This document shows, in pieces, positions 14,625-14,684 of a stretch of 14,684 nt of DNA. This DNA comes from Pseudobdellovibrionaceae bacterium (GTDB lineage Bacteria; Bdellovibrionota; Bdellovibrionia; Bdellovibrionales; Bdellovibrionaceae), in NCBI GenBank assembly GCA_039810425.1, contig JBDHWW010000066.1:1-14684 (forward strand). Direction: 5' to 3'. Every line of letters begins with the position of its first letter. Position 1 is the first letter of the stretch. The notes under the pieces are model-generated. The model had not been told where the DNA came from. It worked only from the letters and a program-made list of their open reading frames with translations, and ran no database searches. The position numbers and the translations under genes are program-made.

Positions 14625-14684
14625 TTGACTGGCGTTAGCGTGCCAAGCTTAATAGGCGCGACATGGAGTTCCCCAAAACCCTTC

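Noticed and set aside
14630..14646. sigma54-like TTGGCACG on the minus strand
   Set aside because: There is no TTGC at -12, the GC is off by one base, and it is too close to the putative start.

Overview
A bacterial chromosomal segment, probably from Bdellovibrionota. That assignment is inferred from an 'LFQNC' lipobox, the many secreted proteins and the gene content. Housekeeping genes (dciA/DUF721, trmFO, valS, tsaA/trmO) are interleaved with secreted or surface accessory genes. The standout element is a complete guanine-type purine riboswitch aptamer (5915-5979) whose P1 stem overlaps the Shine-Dalgarno (SD) sequence of a signal-peptide-bearing HNH nuclease-like gene, suggesting purine-starvation-controlled DNA scavenging. 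A second notable module is a small secreted protein with a 46-aa tail containing 21 Tyr, followed by an intrinsic terminator and a secreted S8 subtilase that has no propeptide. Also present are a sigma28-type-promoter-driven VWA lipoprotein with four 68-aa Cys-rich repeats, an IPNS-family oxygenase paired with a class V PLP enzyme, and a DUF4360 protein with a candidate sigma54 promoter. No mobile element, CRISPR array, rRNA or tRNA was seen.
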